DNA from: Epiperipatus broadwayi
Taxonomy: Eukaryota; Animalia; Onychophora
Assembly (NCBI GenBank): GCA_028023455.1
Contig: JAQFVV010000007.1
Span: forward strand, 11,718,001-11,782,000
Length of the DNA stretch: 64,000 bases
Reading direction: 5' to 3'
Below, piece after piece: positions 34,860 to 49,914 of the stretch. Numbering within the stretch: position 1 is the first letter of the stretch; every line of letters starts with the position of its first letter. The translations under genes and the position numbers were made by a program. Below the pieces are notes generated by a model. The model ran no database searches. It saw only the letters and a program-made list of their open reading frames with translations, and had not been told where the DNA came from.

Positions 34860-37560
34860 CAGACCATGAGCAATTTTTTCTACTACATCTTTTTTTCCCC
34901 TTACAAACAAACACATCTTTACCACTGATATAGTAAAACTTTGATTTTTAAGACAAATTTTTATTACATTTTATTTTTATTGCCCCTTTTTTAAAAAATA
35001 AAATCTTGTTCTACCTTCTTTTTTTTGTAATAAAAACAAAACACACACATATATATATATATATTTGTTATTGATTTATGTCATAGAATTACAACCTTTT
35101 TTTCTTTTGGAAACTGTTTTTTCTTCCTACTAACAAATTACAATTAGAAAAACAATGCTCAAACACATCTTTACCATTGATATGAAACTTTTATTTTTAA
35201 AACCAATTTTTATTATATTTTATTTGTATTACCTTTTTTTTAAATAAAATTTTGTTCTACTGTTTTTTAAAAATAAAAACAAACCAAAAATAACTTTTTC
35301 TCTAACTTTTGACTCAGTGATGACAAACTTTTTCTCAACACCGCCACCTCCCCAAATTAAAATAATACCAAAACTTTTGACTTTTTCACCTTTCATTTTC
35401 TTTTTTTATTGACAATTTATGTCATAGAATCACAAACTTTTGTTTTGGAAAGATGTGCAAATTGAATAGCTTCACTTGCAGGGTTCACTACAGTGTGACA
35501 ATTCTTAGTTAGTCAGAAATGAATATAATTACTCTGCTATGGAGATTTCAAAACTCATGGCCACTTGAAATCCAGCCATCATCAGATGATATGGTAACCA
35601 ACTGTGAATTGTGTGAATTTGCATCAAGTTTAAGCCCCCAAAAGGCTGTAATATTTCTCTGCAACAACAATGGGTGTCCCACAATGGATAGTATAAGAAA
35701 ACTGTTGTATTAGCTGTAAGTGTGGCTGCATAAATATGCCACCATGTACCCCACTCCTGTTGTCAGTAACTGCCACAATTTGAAAATCTGCTTGCTACAG
35801 AGTGCCATTTTATTTGCCTCATATGTTTTTTTGGGAAAATGTGAGTTTTTATGTGAGCTCAGCCAAATCATGTTTGGCCCTACCCTTTGTCAATGTTTTG
35901 CACATTTCAAGTTATGTAGGGAAGGGTGGGAATAGTATGAGAATTCTTGGTAAGTCAGAGTGTGTGATATAAGTAGAAATGAAAGTACTCTGTTATGGAA
36001 ATATTCAAAAGTTGTGGCCCACTTGAAATCCAATCACTCTCAGACAATATGGTAGCAAACTGTGAATTGTGCGAATTCGCATAAAGTATCACAAAGTGCA
36101 AAACAGGTGTAATATTTCTGTGTGATGCCATCAAGTGGCCTGCATTGGCTAATGCAACAGAAATGTTATATTAGCCATAAATCTGGCCACGTAAATAGCA
36201 TTTTTATGTGTTTTTGCACAGAAACATTGTTATCAAATGGTTGTTCCTGCTATCAGAAGAGTACCAAATTGTTTTTAATATCTAGTAAAGTTTAATTTTT
36301 TTTTCATAATTTTTATAACAGTCTGTTGATTGACACCATTTCTAGACAGTTATATTTTCCATGATCATAAACTCTATGATAATGTTTCACATAATATATG
36401 GTACTTCTTTTTTAAACCATAACAAGCCATCTGATGGGACTTTACACTCTTTAATACACATAAATATAATATTATCTGGCTGACCTTTCTTTATTGTCTA
36501 ATTTATGGTATTGCAAAAAAAGTCTACATTAATTATTGTCTCATTTCCTTATTGTCCAATGTCTGGTATTATATTTATATATAAACAAAGTCTACATTAA
36601 TTTATCTACTTATTTTTTATTGGAAATGAACAAGTTCTTTTTTGTTTTTGCTTTTAAAAACATGCTTTTATTTTAATATTCTACGTGTCTGACTTTTTTG
36701 TCTTTATTGTCCAACTTTAGGTATTATTTTGAGATTAATTTAAAAAAATACATGTATAAATTAATTGCTGTACTTCTTTTGGATTGAAAATAAAGTATAA
36801 ATTAATTTATCTTCTTATTTATTATTGGAAATGGACAAGTTCTTTTTTTTTTTGCTTTTAAAAACATGCTATTATTTTAATAACCTTACCATGCCAGCCT
36901 TTTTTTTATTGTGCAATTTCACGGTCAAGAAGGGGGAATATGTCAGTATGTAGTGATAGAATGTGCAGTGCGAGTGATATTTTTGCTGATCTGAAGGATT
37001 ATTCAAAAGATGCAGTAGCAATGCAACCTCAGCCATTTTACTTGTCTCGTATGTGTTTTCGTGCAAAGCTGAGTTTTCATGTGAATTCTCTGCAATGGTA
37101 TTTGTCCTACCTTTTCCCAATTGTTAAAAACTTTGAAAGTTGTGCATGGAAGAATGACAATGGATTTAAAATTATTACTGTGTAATACTATGTCAGATAG
37201 GGTGTAAGATCATTAATTGGAATGTATATTTCAAGAGTTATGGTCAGTTGATTTTTAGACATCCTCACATAATGTGGTAGCAATCTGTGAAGTGTTGCAC
37301 AGTTTCATGAAGGATATCAGCTGGTCATAAGATTGGTGTGCAATGACATCTAGGCCTACTAATGGCTAATATGAACAGAACTGTTCTAGAGGCTGTAAGT
37401 TTGGCTGTGTAAATGACATTTTTATGTGTTTTGGCACATAAAACATTCCATCAGGTGGTTTGTATGGTTTAAAAAATAAGTACCAAATATATATTTTTAT
37501 ATTTAAAAATAAGACATTTCTGTAAAAATATAAATATGTAATGATATACATTTTTGATTT
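34860..37560. repeat. Degenerate composite repeat cluster
   Basis: Three diverged direct copies of an about 250-bp unit (about 35500-35750, 35950-36210, 37200-37450). Duplicated blocks at 34900-35460 and 36480-36890. Inverted match between about 36395-36450 and 37445-37500. Confidence 0.6.
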
Positions 37561-38066
37561 CTCATAATTATTACCAATTATGATACAAAAACAATCATAA
37601 ACATCCCCCCCAAAATAAACTTTTTAGATCTGCATAATATTTTCTCAATCACCAAATATATAATAGACACCCATCATTGTGGAGTTTAAGAAACTTTGAA
37701 GACTCACTTATTCAATTAACATGATATCTTTTGAATTTTCTTGAAATTAAATTATTAGAAAAACATATGTGGATTTGATAATTGTAAAAATAAAAAATGT
37801 TGGCAAAATTTTTCAGTAAAGGCTGAAAAACACAAATTGAATTTATAGATTTCTCAGACATGGGTCTATCACTTGAAATAATGAGTTGGTAGAATAGGTG
37901 CATGCAACTATCTTCACTGCTGACTTTTACCAATCAGCATCTCTGTAGGTATGATTCACTTTCTTTTTGTTGTTTTTTTTAGCTATAAATGTAGATTTCT
38001 GTTTTCTTTAAATTTTCTTTTGAATTAATAATCAATAAAACTTTTGCTGACAAAATGAGCATTAAT

Positions 38067-38173
38067 GTCTTGCATTGGTGGTCGAGAGGTCAGCACGACT
38101 GCCTTGCACTAGCAAGAAGTTGCCTGGGTTGCAGGTTCGTGTCCCGGCCGATGCTATGACCCTTAAAAAAAAA
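38067..38173 (+). mobile_element. Young tRNA-Gly-derived SINE with poly(A) tail
   Basis: GCATTGGTGGTCGAGAGGTCAGC...GGTTCGTGTCCCGGCCGATGC, then TATGACCCTT and A9. TSD GAGCATTAAT at 38057-38066 and 38174-38183. CpGs retained. Confidence 0.85.
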
Positions 38174-40134
38174 GAGCATTAATCAGGTAAAGTAGCAATT
38201 AGATAAGTGAAAGAAAGCAAAACACCAAACATTACATCTGTAAACAAAAAAATTTCAGTAAATTACCAAGTTGGTTAAATATGTATATGCACAATTTATG
38301 TAAATATATTATTATATATGATATGTAAATATGCATATGTAAAGTTATTACTTTGGGGTAATGAATTATCTTAATTTACACATATTCGTCAGATATTTTT
38401 ATATACCATGGAAATAAAGTAAAGCATTGTTTTGTTTTTTTATGAGAGCAATTTTGTTTTGTTCATGTGAATTTTAAACATTATTTTGGTTTGTTTTTAA
38501 AATGAAAATTTAAATTAGCTTTTTAGTTAACTCATATCTTTTTGCTAATATTTTGTGAGTGATAGAGTTGGAAACTTTATAGGCGTAACTGAGTTGTAAA
38601 TATTCCTTGTGTGACTCTGATCTTAATAATAAGTCATGTTTTTATGAGTTATTTCCAATATGACAAATCTTGATATTCCGTAAGCCCTCCCTATGGATTA
38701 ATTTTGAATATACAGTTTTACCGACATATATATGTATAGAGAATTTGTACAGATAATTATTATAAAATAAATGTATGCATTAAGTACTGAATATTTAAAA
38801 AAAAATGGTATTAAAAAACATTGTTTTATACACAGAAAATGTAAATACATTTTAATATTTACAATTATTTATTTATTTTTTTAAAAATAAATATTTTATT
38901 GTAAATAAAATATAGAAAATATTAAATTTTACATACAATATATGAATATAATACTTATAAATATTTAATATCATGTTTTATTTATTTTTAAAAATTTACA
39001 AAAAATTTGTTTATAACTAATAAATTAAAATAAAATCGTTGTAAAAACTTATAAAATAAATTCGAGAAGTCTTTTTTTAAAATTTTACACATCAGTTAAT
39101 AGTAAGGTTCATTTATTTACCACTATTAGTTTTATGATTAATCAAGAATAATGTATAAAGATAAAAAAAATAAATAATAATAATAAATGTTATGGTGTGC
39201 ATAAGTACTTTTTTGCGAATCATTATTTTAAATTGTGTAAATGGTTTAAGATAAAACTGAGACATAAATTGCATTTGTATTTTAAGGTTAATAGACATCA
39301 TAAACAAATTTTTCTCAGTTCTAAATTGATAAAAATCAGTCACTTTCAAATATCCTTTTTAAAAGTAATTTGAATGTGCCAAGGTTTTAAAAGTTGCATG
39401 TTTACTAAATGTTTTATTTTTAATGGAGCAAGATTTTATAATAAACTTCCTCTCCGTTTTTCATTTAAGAATCCAATATGACTTTATAAATAAATATATT
39501 TTAATTTTTACATATATTATAATTTCTTTTTAATTAATATATTTTTTTATGTTTATTTCTTGTGTACTTATGTATTTTTTGTTATTTGTGATTATCCATC
39601 ATCTAGACTTAATTTTAAAACTTTTTAAGTACATTCAACTATTAGTAATAGCATACACGTTGGCATATAACACAACATTTCAAGACGTATTTTCTTCTCT
39701 CTTTATCAGGTATTAGTGTTAATAATAGCATAGTTATTGAACTAGGGACCTTTTAGTTTGTGAATAGTGAGTTAGCAACTAAGATATTTTATCAAAAAAA
39801 AAAAAGAAAACTCTCGAAAAAAAAAAAGAGAGAACAATAATACCATCAAAATATTCTTTACATATTAATTTGTGTGGGATTACTAAGAATAGCTTATAAT
39901 TGAAACATTTAAATAAAGGTTGAATTTTTTTAAAGACATTTAAGAATTAATTCTAGTTGACACAACCCATAATTACAAATAAAATGCCATTACAACTATC
40001 TTTAATATATATATTTTACCATTTTTTAAATTATTTTTTTATATACATTTCTGTTTTGGTTTGACAGAGATCATCCACTTTTTGAACCATAACAATTGCT
40101 AAAACATGAATACTTTTATGTGGCAGTAAACCAA

Positions 40135-40560
<426 letters not shown>

Positions 40561-43500
40561 CTGTCTGTCTGCCTGTACATTTATCTATGTGTCTATCCAA
40601 TTATCTATCTATTGTTCTATATCAATCTTTAGATTCATACATTTATTTATCTATCTCTCTATCTATTTACCTACTCATTTATTCATACATCTGGTCTATT
40701 AGCTATTTATTTATCTGTCTATGCACATATTTACCTGTCCATTTATTCATATATTTATCTCATGTACCTATTTATATCTACCTAAGTAATAATAATGATA
40801 ACAACAACAATAATGTAATTCTTTCTGGGATGTTGATAATGAAAGGTAAAAGATTGGCTAGCTGACAGGTGGATAAACAGATGTCATTATCACAATAAAA
40901 ATAGGTTATTAAAAATTATGTAAACTTTTGACCAATCAGAACTTTAGAGAAAAATGCATATTTTGTGGTTTAGTATAATGGTATAATAGTATATGTGAGG
41001 ATTAAAAATACCTGTTAAAATTCAACTAATAATTACTTAAATTTTACAGAAAAATGGTATATATATGATCATCAGAAATCAAATGTGATAAGAACATATG
41101 ATTTAAAAAACTGGAAAGAATGATATAAACCGAAGGCTTGCTTTGTTTGAGACACGTAACATTATTATTTATGAAAATATAGTGATACAACACATATCTG
41201 AGACTGCTTGTGTAAAAAAGTTAATCATATTCATTTGTAGTAAAAACTTTTGATTTTAATAAATGAAAACGTTCATTTCTATAATTACATTAATTTGCCT
41301 AGGTTGTAAAGAATGTAAACACAGACAACTAGTTATGTTTTATATTAATTTACTATTAATATATAATTAACTAAGTGAATGTGTATGTATATAAACACTT
41401 GTACATTATGTAAATTTTATTTTCAACATTTAAAAAAAAATATTTAAAAATAAAATTATAAATTGATTTTAGTAATATTATTGTAGTTGCATGTTTTAAA
41501 TATTTATTTTTAATGCAATACTAAATGCTTTTAAGATTAATTTAAAAATTTATATCTTGTAAAAAATTAAACAAATTAAAGAAAGGAAAATATTACACAT
41601 TAAATTATCTAGTACAAACAAGTTCTCATTTTTGTCATGATGAAAAATCTGTCTCACCTTTTTGCCAAGAGAAGAAAAAATAATTGAAAGAATTATTTAG
41701 TTTTTTAATGAAAAAATTTGCTATGTTAATTTTTATTTTTTATTAAATGATTTTATTGAAGTTGAAAAATCAGTTTATGTTTTGATAGATTTGTTAGTAA
41801 ACTTTTGATTTTTAATAGAGTTAGAATGAAAATTTAAAATTTAGATTTAATATATTTTAATTCAATCGAATGGCTTGAAATTGGTATATAACTAATTAAT
41901 ATCAGGCTAATCCAATTGAGACCCTAATCTTTTGAGTAGGTCTTCTAATTTCTTAGATATGGAACAGAGAGCAGGAAAATATTGAAAGTATTCAATGTGT
42001 ACCATGTATCAAATTTAAAAAAAATTCTTAAAATTTTATTTGTTTTAAATAAGACTAACAAGAAGGCAGTACAAGTATTTTTTTCTTTTAATTTAATAAC
42101 ATTTTTATAACATTTTAAAATTGATATTTAATAAATTTATGTTGAAGATAATTTGTTGACATTTTGTATATTTTTTTATAAATCTCTATGAAGGTGATAA
42201 TAAACATTAATATTTTAAATCAGTGACTTAGTTTTCTAGATATGAAGAATGAGAGGGGGAGTTTTAAATAATGTTCATAATTTTACTTTGTTGCAATTGC
42301 AAGCTCCATTTAAATAGAAAGAAACATGCATATAATGTAATTTTTTTTAAATTTAAAAAAAAAAAAAGTTTTTTTTTTCAAATAAAAAGAAAAATTTGCA
42401 ACAATTTTAAACAGAAAAGTTACTTACAGATTTCTTATCATATATAATTATGTTCACATACTACATATCATATATGCATAAAGATTATATTTATTAACTT
42501 AATGCAGAAATATCTAGTGATACATATACACTATATGGGTGAAATTGATTTAAAGTAAAATTTCATGTATTAAGTGAAGTTCATTTACATTATAGTTTTG
42601 GTAAGCATTTTATTTAAAAAATAAAAGTTTCCAATCAAAGCAAAAATGTTGAATGTTTATCATTTAAAAGAACACTTCGTATTTTTAATCACTTATATAC
42701 ACATATTATTATGGACACATATTAAATTTTATCTATACATAAGGAGTAGGCATTTTAACTTATATTTGAATTATCTAGTAATATATAAACTATAAATGTG
42801 CAGTCGATTTAAAGTACAACATTGTTTTATATTTTTAGTTACTGTGTCAGTATTAAAAACTTAAAAATAATAGGGATAAAAAGTTTGTTTATATTAAATG
42901 TTTTTATAGACTGTGCACTAAAGAAAATTATTTCTTGGATCACAATTGGGATTTTCAGATTTAATTTGAAATAAAAGCATGGAGAGGGAACCAAAAATTA
43001 ATTAAATAAATTCATATTTTTATAACATGAATTGACTTAAGTAATTTCTGAACCTCCCATGCTTTTATTTACAGTTAAATCTAAAAACCCCAAAGTTGGA
43101 AAAACAATTTTTTAGTACATAGTCAAAAAATATTTTTACATTGCTAGACATTCAATTCATATTTTATTAATTGACAACATTTTTTAAAAAGTTTCAAAGA
43201 TATTTAAGTTAATTTTTCTGAAAAGAAAAAAAATAGATTAATAAATTAATAATTTTAAAGTTTAAAATTAAAAAAAAATCATATTTTAAATTATTTAAAC
43301 TTTCACTAAAAATTATTAATTAATTTAAACTTCTTAAAGATATCAATGACAAAATACATATTTTATTTTTAGATATTAAAGGATTTGCCAAAAAAAAAAT
43401 CTTTTATATCTATATTTTTAATTCAGTATTATTGATTGGTCATTGTTGATTTAAGAGACCTGTTTAAGTTAGGCCAGTGATTAAATAATGGGTTTAAGAG

Positions 43501-44604
43501 CAGAAGATTTCAAGATCAAATCTCAATCTATCAAACATTATATAATTTTCCAAGTACTTAATTATTCCATTGATTTAAGCCAATACTGCTGTACTTGTCA
43601 TGGATGTTTCATTTAGTGGTCAAGGGGCAGGCACCATGGAGCTTAAACCCCATGCACTATGATTCCAATTGTCACTTCCAAATTTAAATATGTTATGATC
43701 TCCTGGGCAATAAAGCATTCCATTCTTTATTTAATTATTCACTTCAAAAAAATTGAGAATAACTCTGTGACTAACAAAGAACTGCAGATATTAAGGCTTT
43801 GTGTCATTAAGTATCTTCAATCAAATTTGATTAATTTTTCAACAAGTGAATTGCCCCATTTTGCTTTTGCTATCTACATCTCTGATCTCATGAAGTATAT
43901 GTTGTTTGTTTATTATTTTTAAAGTATGTTTAGCTTCAATTCTCTGGATTATTTATGAAATTAAGATACGATAGCTTTAATTATTGTGTTTTATAGCAGT
44001 TTTTGTTCTTTAGTCTGATATTAACTCATATCATACATTTCACTAATCACTGAACATTCTAAATATTAAAATTATTAAATACTTAGTAGGTTTTAAAATA
44101 CAGTTTATTGCTGATTAAAATATAATCTTTTTTTCCACTTTGATGCTCATGTGTGTGTGTTTTTTTAAAGAAATTATTAACTCCTTTTTTTTTTTAATAT
44201 CTCTTCTCATTTTTGGAGAGGGACATCCAAATTTTCCCATGGTAATTTTTGTTTATCATATATATTCCAATTCTATAAAGTAAATTTCTTGTAACATTTT
44301 TAAAATATTGTGTATCCTTTAGTAAAAATCCTTTAGCTTTTGATCAGGTTGAAAACTTGTGTGGTACATTTTTTCTGAATTATATGTGATTTGCATTTTT
44401 TATTAAATTAGTTGCATAATCTCTATTGCTACTCTGATTAGTTTTCAAAGTTTTGTATTTTCACTTTTTACTTACAATAAATATCATTTTCTTTAGTGTT
44501 TTCTGTAATGTATTTGTATATTAATTGCTCTAATATCTTTTTTTAACATTATTCAATAGTAATCTGTTTAATATGTGATAATTTTTCCAATTTATGCAAT
44601 CATC

Positions 44605-44940
44605 TTTTGTTTGAAAATGAATCGCAATCAATAAAGAGCAGCTTGTGCAAAGAAGTATCCCAAAGTAACTGATATTTTGTAACAAAAAAAATGTGTAGTT
44701 TTATCTAGGTGTTAATAAGTTGAATCTTCTTCAAAGTACTGTCCATTTGATGCAATGCATTAGTCTAAATGAGTTTTTACTTTTTTCTAGTAGTTTTAAA
44801 ACTCTTGCAAATTGTCACCCTTTAATGTCTTCATAATTTGTTTTCTTCACTTCTTCATCTGCAAACCTTATTTGTGGCATTTTTTCATTCCATGAAATAA
44901 AAAGAATTTGCAAAGATCTTGCATTTTCAAATTCTTTTTG
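44605..44940 (-). mobile_element. Mariner transposase C-terminal remnant with a decayed TIR
   Basis: Across a frameshift the minus strand gives RFADEEVK...D*CIASNGQYFEEDS, the typical mariner C-terminus. A TIR-like cagttactttgggatac lies downstream. Confidence 0.7.
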
Positions 44941-45794
44941 TTTTGAAAACAATCTTTCTTTTTTTTAAAAAAAAAAAGGTGCAAAACATCATGCAAGGCG
45001 ATAATAAATGACCAAGGCTATGATATATCCACTTAGATAATTTTTTGGACTACTTTCAAATAAAAAAGGGCATGAATTGGAAAAAACCCACTATACTAAC
45101 CCATATTAGCAAATAAAGCCTTGTCTATATTGATTTACAATGAAAATCATCACAATATAATAGGGGATGCCTATTGGCTATTTGACTAATCAATTTATTA
45201 AAATCTCAATGATAAAAAAAAAAGAGTTTTCTTCTAGTTATTAAAAAACTTCCTTTATATAGTTAATATATTCATAGATAAATCAATCTTCTTTTCATAA
45301 GAGAATGAAGAAACAATATCTTCCATGATGAACTCTATTATTTAATACAAAACTAGTTTTTTACTCCAGTACCATCTAGTGTAAGCTTGAGTAATAATTG
45401 ATTACCAAATGCACATAAAATCAATATCCTTAGTGTTTCACTTTCCACCTTCAGATAAGGTTTCTAACTTTTATTTTTATCAATGTTACATCATTCTTAA
45501 AAACAAACTTTTAAAAACAGTCTGAGAAATGGGGTTTAAATACTAAGGATATAAATTTTATATGGATTAATTGATCACTGATTTGTGAAGCTGATATTAT
45601 ATGATAGTAGAGGGGTATAGTTTCCTTTGAATTATCATACTGTTTTAAACTGAAAATTTGGAGATATGTTATTATTATGCCCATTTTTCAATATTAAAAT
45701 CATTAGAACTATTTTTATTCAAGAGTTTTAAATAAGATTATCAATGTATTTTAAAAAATGGGGATTCCATTTTTATGCTAAATAAAAATATAAA

Positions 45795-46150
45795 ACCTAC
45801 TAAACTAGCAGTCCATTAAAACTAGTGGGAGACAGCTGAGAAAAAATGGTACATTGACAGTTTTATAATGCTGTCAACAAAATATCTCTTTTAACTGCTA
45901 TTCCTGTCATTATAAAAGTACACATTCTACAGAAAAATGTATATACATATGAAAAGTCAATGTACATTAAATTTTTCTAATTTTTATTTGTAACTGAGAC
46001 TCTTTATCAGATGTTATATAATGGTAAATGTTTGAATACATGGTAATTCCATTTTTAATACCAGTTAAAAATCTTCAGCCATGCTTTTATTAAAGCTAGC
46101 AGTCAATTAAGACTACCAACACAAGGCTGAGAAAAAACAGTATACAGTAG
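45795..46150 (+). repeat. Pair of about 55-bp diverged direct repeats
   Basis: aaactagcagtccattaaaactagtgggagacagctgagaaaaaatggtacatt (about 45804) versus aagctagcagtcaattaagactaccaacacaaggctgagaaaaaacagtataca (about 46093). Confidence 0.55.
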
Positions 46151-47925
46151 AGTCATAAACTATGCTATATTTGTTTCAATATCCCCTTGCATTTAAAAAT
46201 ATATGACATATAATAGCTTATATTTTGTTGATAAACACTGATTAGAATATAAAACATTGTTTATTGAACTGCAAATGTATAATACTTTTCAACATGCACA
46301 CATATATAAGAGATTTTTTATATGAATATTATTCATATATAAATACAATTTAAAAAATATTTATAATATAATTATTAATAATAAATTGAGAAGAAACATT
46401 TATGTATATTTTATGGAGTTTATGTTTACTCATGCCTTAACTGAAACAATAAAAATAAGAAAAAAACTAACCAATGTATTTTTATTTTTAAAATAAAGTA
46501 AATAGTAAAATGTCTCACTTTTGTCATTATTAAATACATTCTGGGAAATGTTCTTTTTATCCAAAATCTTTTTTTCTTTTATAAAACATAATAGACTAAT
46601 CTCTTTATCAAGAAATTACAATCTCCCTAACTATGTTCATGTTTTAAAAACAATATTAACTTTTAGTATGTTACTGTTAGAAAATATTTTATTATACATA
46701 TCAAATTTGGAAATGATAATAAAATGAAGTATATGTGTTTTCAACACAATCCAAAGCAATTTAATTAATAAATATATATAGTCATGTATGACACTTCAAG
46801 ATGAAATAATAGCTACTGGAATATTATAAAATTTATTTCCAAATTTTATACATGATTGCAAATGGTGCTCAGAGAAAGAAAAATGGCTACTGAATATCAT
46901 AAAATTTGTTAATTTTAATATTTTTTCATTTGTTTACATTTTTCATTGGGCGTATAACTGAAATGTTGTAATTAAGTACAGATATCTTCACTGTACTGTT
47001 AGTCTATGACATAATCAAATGAATACCTCCTTTAATTGTGATTTATGTTGTTATAAGAGTACAAAGTGCTACAGTAAATTTATTTAAATATGAAAAATCC
47101 AAGTTTAACAAACTTTTCATAATTCTTTCTCTGTAAGTGAAATTCTATCATGACCAGTCAATTATTATAAATTAATGTTTTTAAAAGACAGCATAGATGA
47201 TAAATATAAAATTTGAATTGCCATGGAAGAGTCTTTTTTACAAAGTGAGAATTAGAAAAAGTTTATTATACTTTGATATTTAATCTTATGTAAATTTATG
47301 GTAGCATCTTCTAACATTGAGTGCTATATTTTTCTTGTTGGTGCAAATAGTTTTAATTGGCTGCCAGCCTTGTAAGATCATAGAAGACTTTTAACTAGTA
47401 TTAGAAATCATAATCCCCATTTAGTAAAATATTTACTATCTATAACATATGTTAAAACATCAAGTTATAATATTTTTAAATATATATTAATAAAAATATT
47501 AATTACAAACTGTACAATATTCAATATAATATATAAATAATAGCCATAGCCAGGTTACAACAATGTGCATCATCTGGAGTAACTTTTAACCATTACTATA
47601 TATAAAAATATCTTCTCAAAGGGTTGCATGTGCAAAATACCACAACAAAACTGTCTACTAAGAAAAATAAATGAACCTACTTTTTGCCCTTATCCAAAGA
47701 CTTATAAGACATATATTGATACAATGATTATTGCAAGTTTAGGGTTGCAATTATAATGGATACAAGTTTCTGATATTATAATGTATGTATATGTAATATA
47801 ATATAAAGTCAAAAAAAGAAAAATCAATAAAATTTTATTTTTGTTTTGCATGATCATTAAATTTAATTACAAAATAATTTATTCTTATTAAATGTGAGCC
47901 TTTTTATAATTATATGTTTAAATAC

Positions 47926-48084
47926 AATTCACCCACTCTACTTGGAACACTTTTTAGCAAAACCTTTTATTGTACATATATGTGCACACTATTTTATATT
48001 TCAACTGTCCTGCAGCGTTCTTCAGAGTTACTGTTATTTTAATGTTTTAAGAGTAAAAAGTGTTCAAAGTAGAGTGAATGAATT
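47926..48084. repeat. About 160-bp fold-back with 29-bp arms
   Basis: aattcacccactctacttggaacactttt pairs with aaaagtgttcaaagtagagtgaatgaatt. The minus strand of the loop has CTGAAGA...GAAA with weak stems. Confidence 0.65.
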
Positions 48085-49359
48085 ACATTTATATAAGACA
48101 TTACAGCAAAATAAAGAATTTTGTGAATTTGGTGATATATGTTTAAATATTAGAATAATTTATAGAAATTCCTAATGAATTAAAGCCAAAAGTTACAATT
48201 GATTTGCAGCATACAAGCAAAGTTTTCTTAAACATTCTTACATATAAATGGTGCATATATTCAAGGACATAACTAACTCTGTATTTATATGTGATTATTA
48301 TTATTTAATGTGTTGGTTTAATTTTCAAGAAAGCATCATATTCAATGGTAAATTATATCTGAGAAATATCATGATTTCCAAAGTCAATGTTGGAGTAATT
48401 GTGAAAATAACGTCTAGATTGTTACTAAAAACAAATAAAAGTAGGGATTTTATTATAAAAGTATAATAAAAGCAAATTTGTAACGTTTAAATCTTTTTTA
48501 TTTCAGCTACTGTAAGTAATGATTATATTAGGCATATGTAACTACCACTGAATTTTTTTTATCTACAATATTTATTATTTTTATACTTCCTTGTTTAATA
48601 ATTATTTTATTATAGAAATATGGTAAAGATAAATTGTTCGTCTTTTTATTTTATTTTATTTTTGCAATCCAGCACATACCATTAAATGAATGTATCTTTC
48701 AGATATATTCAATTTCAGATACAATATTTTGATCTCAACCTCTGCCAGGTTAATTTTTAATTTAATTAACATATAGATATAACAGTATAAATTGTATTGC
48801 TTTGTTGTTAACTTAACATAGATTATATTTTTTTTATCAAAACAATTAAAAATGGGTTATCTTTATTTATAATCGAATATTATGACTTACAAGAGGCATA
48901 TCAAAACATCTCACTTGTTGGCCAGATTTCATTTATAATCTTTACATGACTATAAATCAAAAAAATATATAAGATGAATTAAATCAACAATCAGGTATGT
49001 ATATTTAATTGTGTACTCTGAATTATTATATATGAAGAATCCTTTCACATTTATTTTTACATAGATGAATCAATAATTTGATCATTATTAAATACTTGTC
49101 AAAATAAAGAGTGTATAGTGAACGAGTGAAAATTGTAATTGTTTTATTTTGTAATGCAAAAGAAAAAGTAATTGATCTAGTACCTATAATAAAGACCTAA
49201 ACCTAACATCATTTCAAAATGTGAAAAATGTTTACCAAAATGTAATAGTAATTATTTAATTACAAAATGATATTAAGATTAAAACATGATGTATTAAATA
49301 TCTTCCGCACCACTTCTGATTCTTATAAAATCATATGAATAAAGTTACAATAAAAAAAA

Positions 49360-49860
49360 ACAAATGATCCCCATGATGCAATTTATACTGAACCAGCACT
49401 AATCAGTTGGCCCAGGTCACCATATCATATATATCTTTATCATATGTACAGTATTTATCAGTCGCAACTTGTTACATTTTGATTTACAAAGTGTCAAACT
49501 TACTGCATCCACAATTTTGACACTATCCACTCTACATAAATACAATAATGATTATGACTAATCATTTATTAAATTAGAGATTGCCTCTAGCTCAGATATA
49601 AATTTTAAACCTGTCAGAATTTAATATATCTGATTTTTAATTAAACACACACACACACAGGAAGTTATTCCCATTTTCTTTTCCATGTGTAATATCTATT
49701 ATAAATGTATTAAATAATCTCTGCATCACATGACATTCTTTTAAAATCATATAAATAAAGATACAATAAAAACACAATATCCCAAGATACATCTCATGCT
49801 GAACCATCACTCATTTGCTGGCCCAGGTCACCAGTTCGCATATATATATTTATCATATAT
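49360..49860 (-). mobile_element. Two partial family 2 HHR units (about 49360-49440 and 49780-49860)
   Basis: tgaaccagcactaatcagttggcccaggtcacca and catgctgaaccatcactcatttgctggcccaggtcacca match tgctaaaccagtactcatcagttggtccagatgacca at about 29300-29340. Confidence 0.65.
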
Positions 49861-49914
49861 ACTGTTTTTTTTTTAATATATTATAATATACAGCTGGGTG
49901 ATTTTATATATACT

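Noticed and set aside
48507-48511. 5-nt microexon-like pattern ttttatttcag-CTACT-gtaagt
   Set aside because: Such motifs arise by chance in 64 kb of AT-rich DNA, and there is no gene context.
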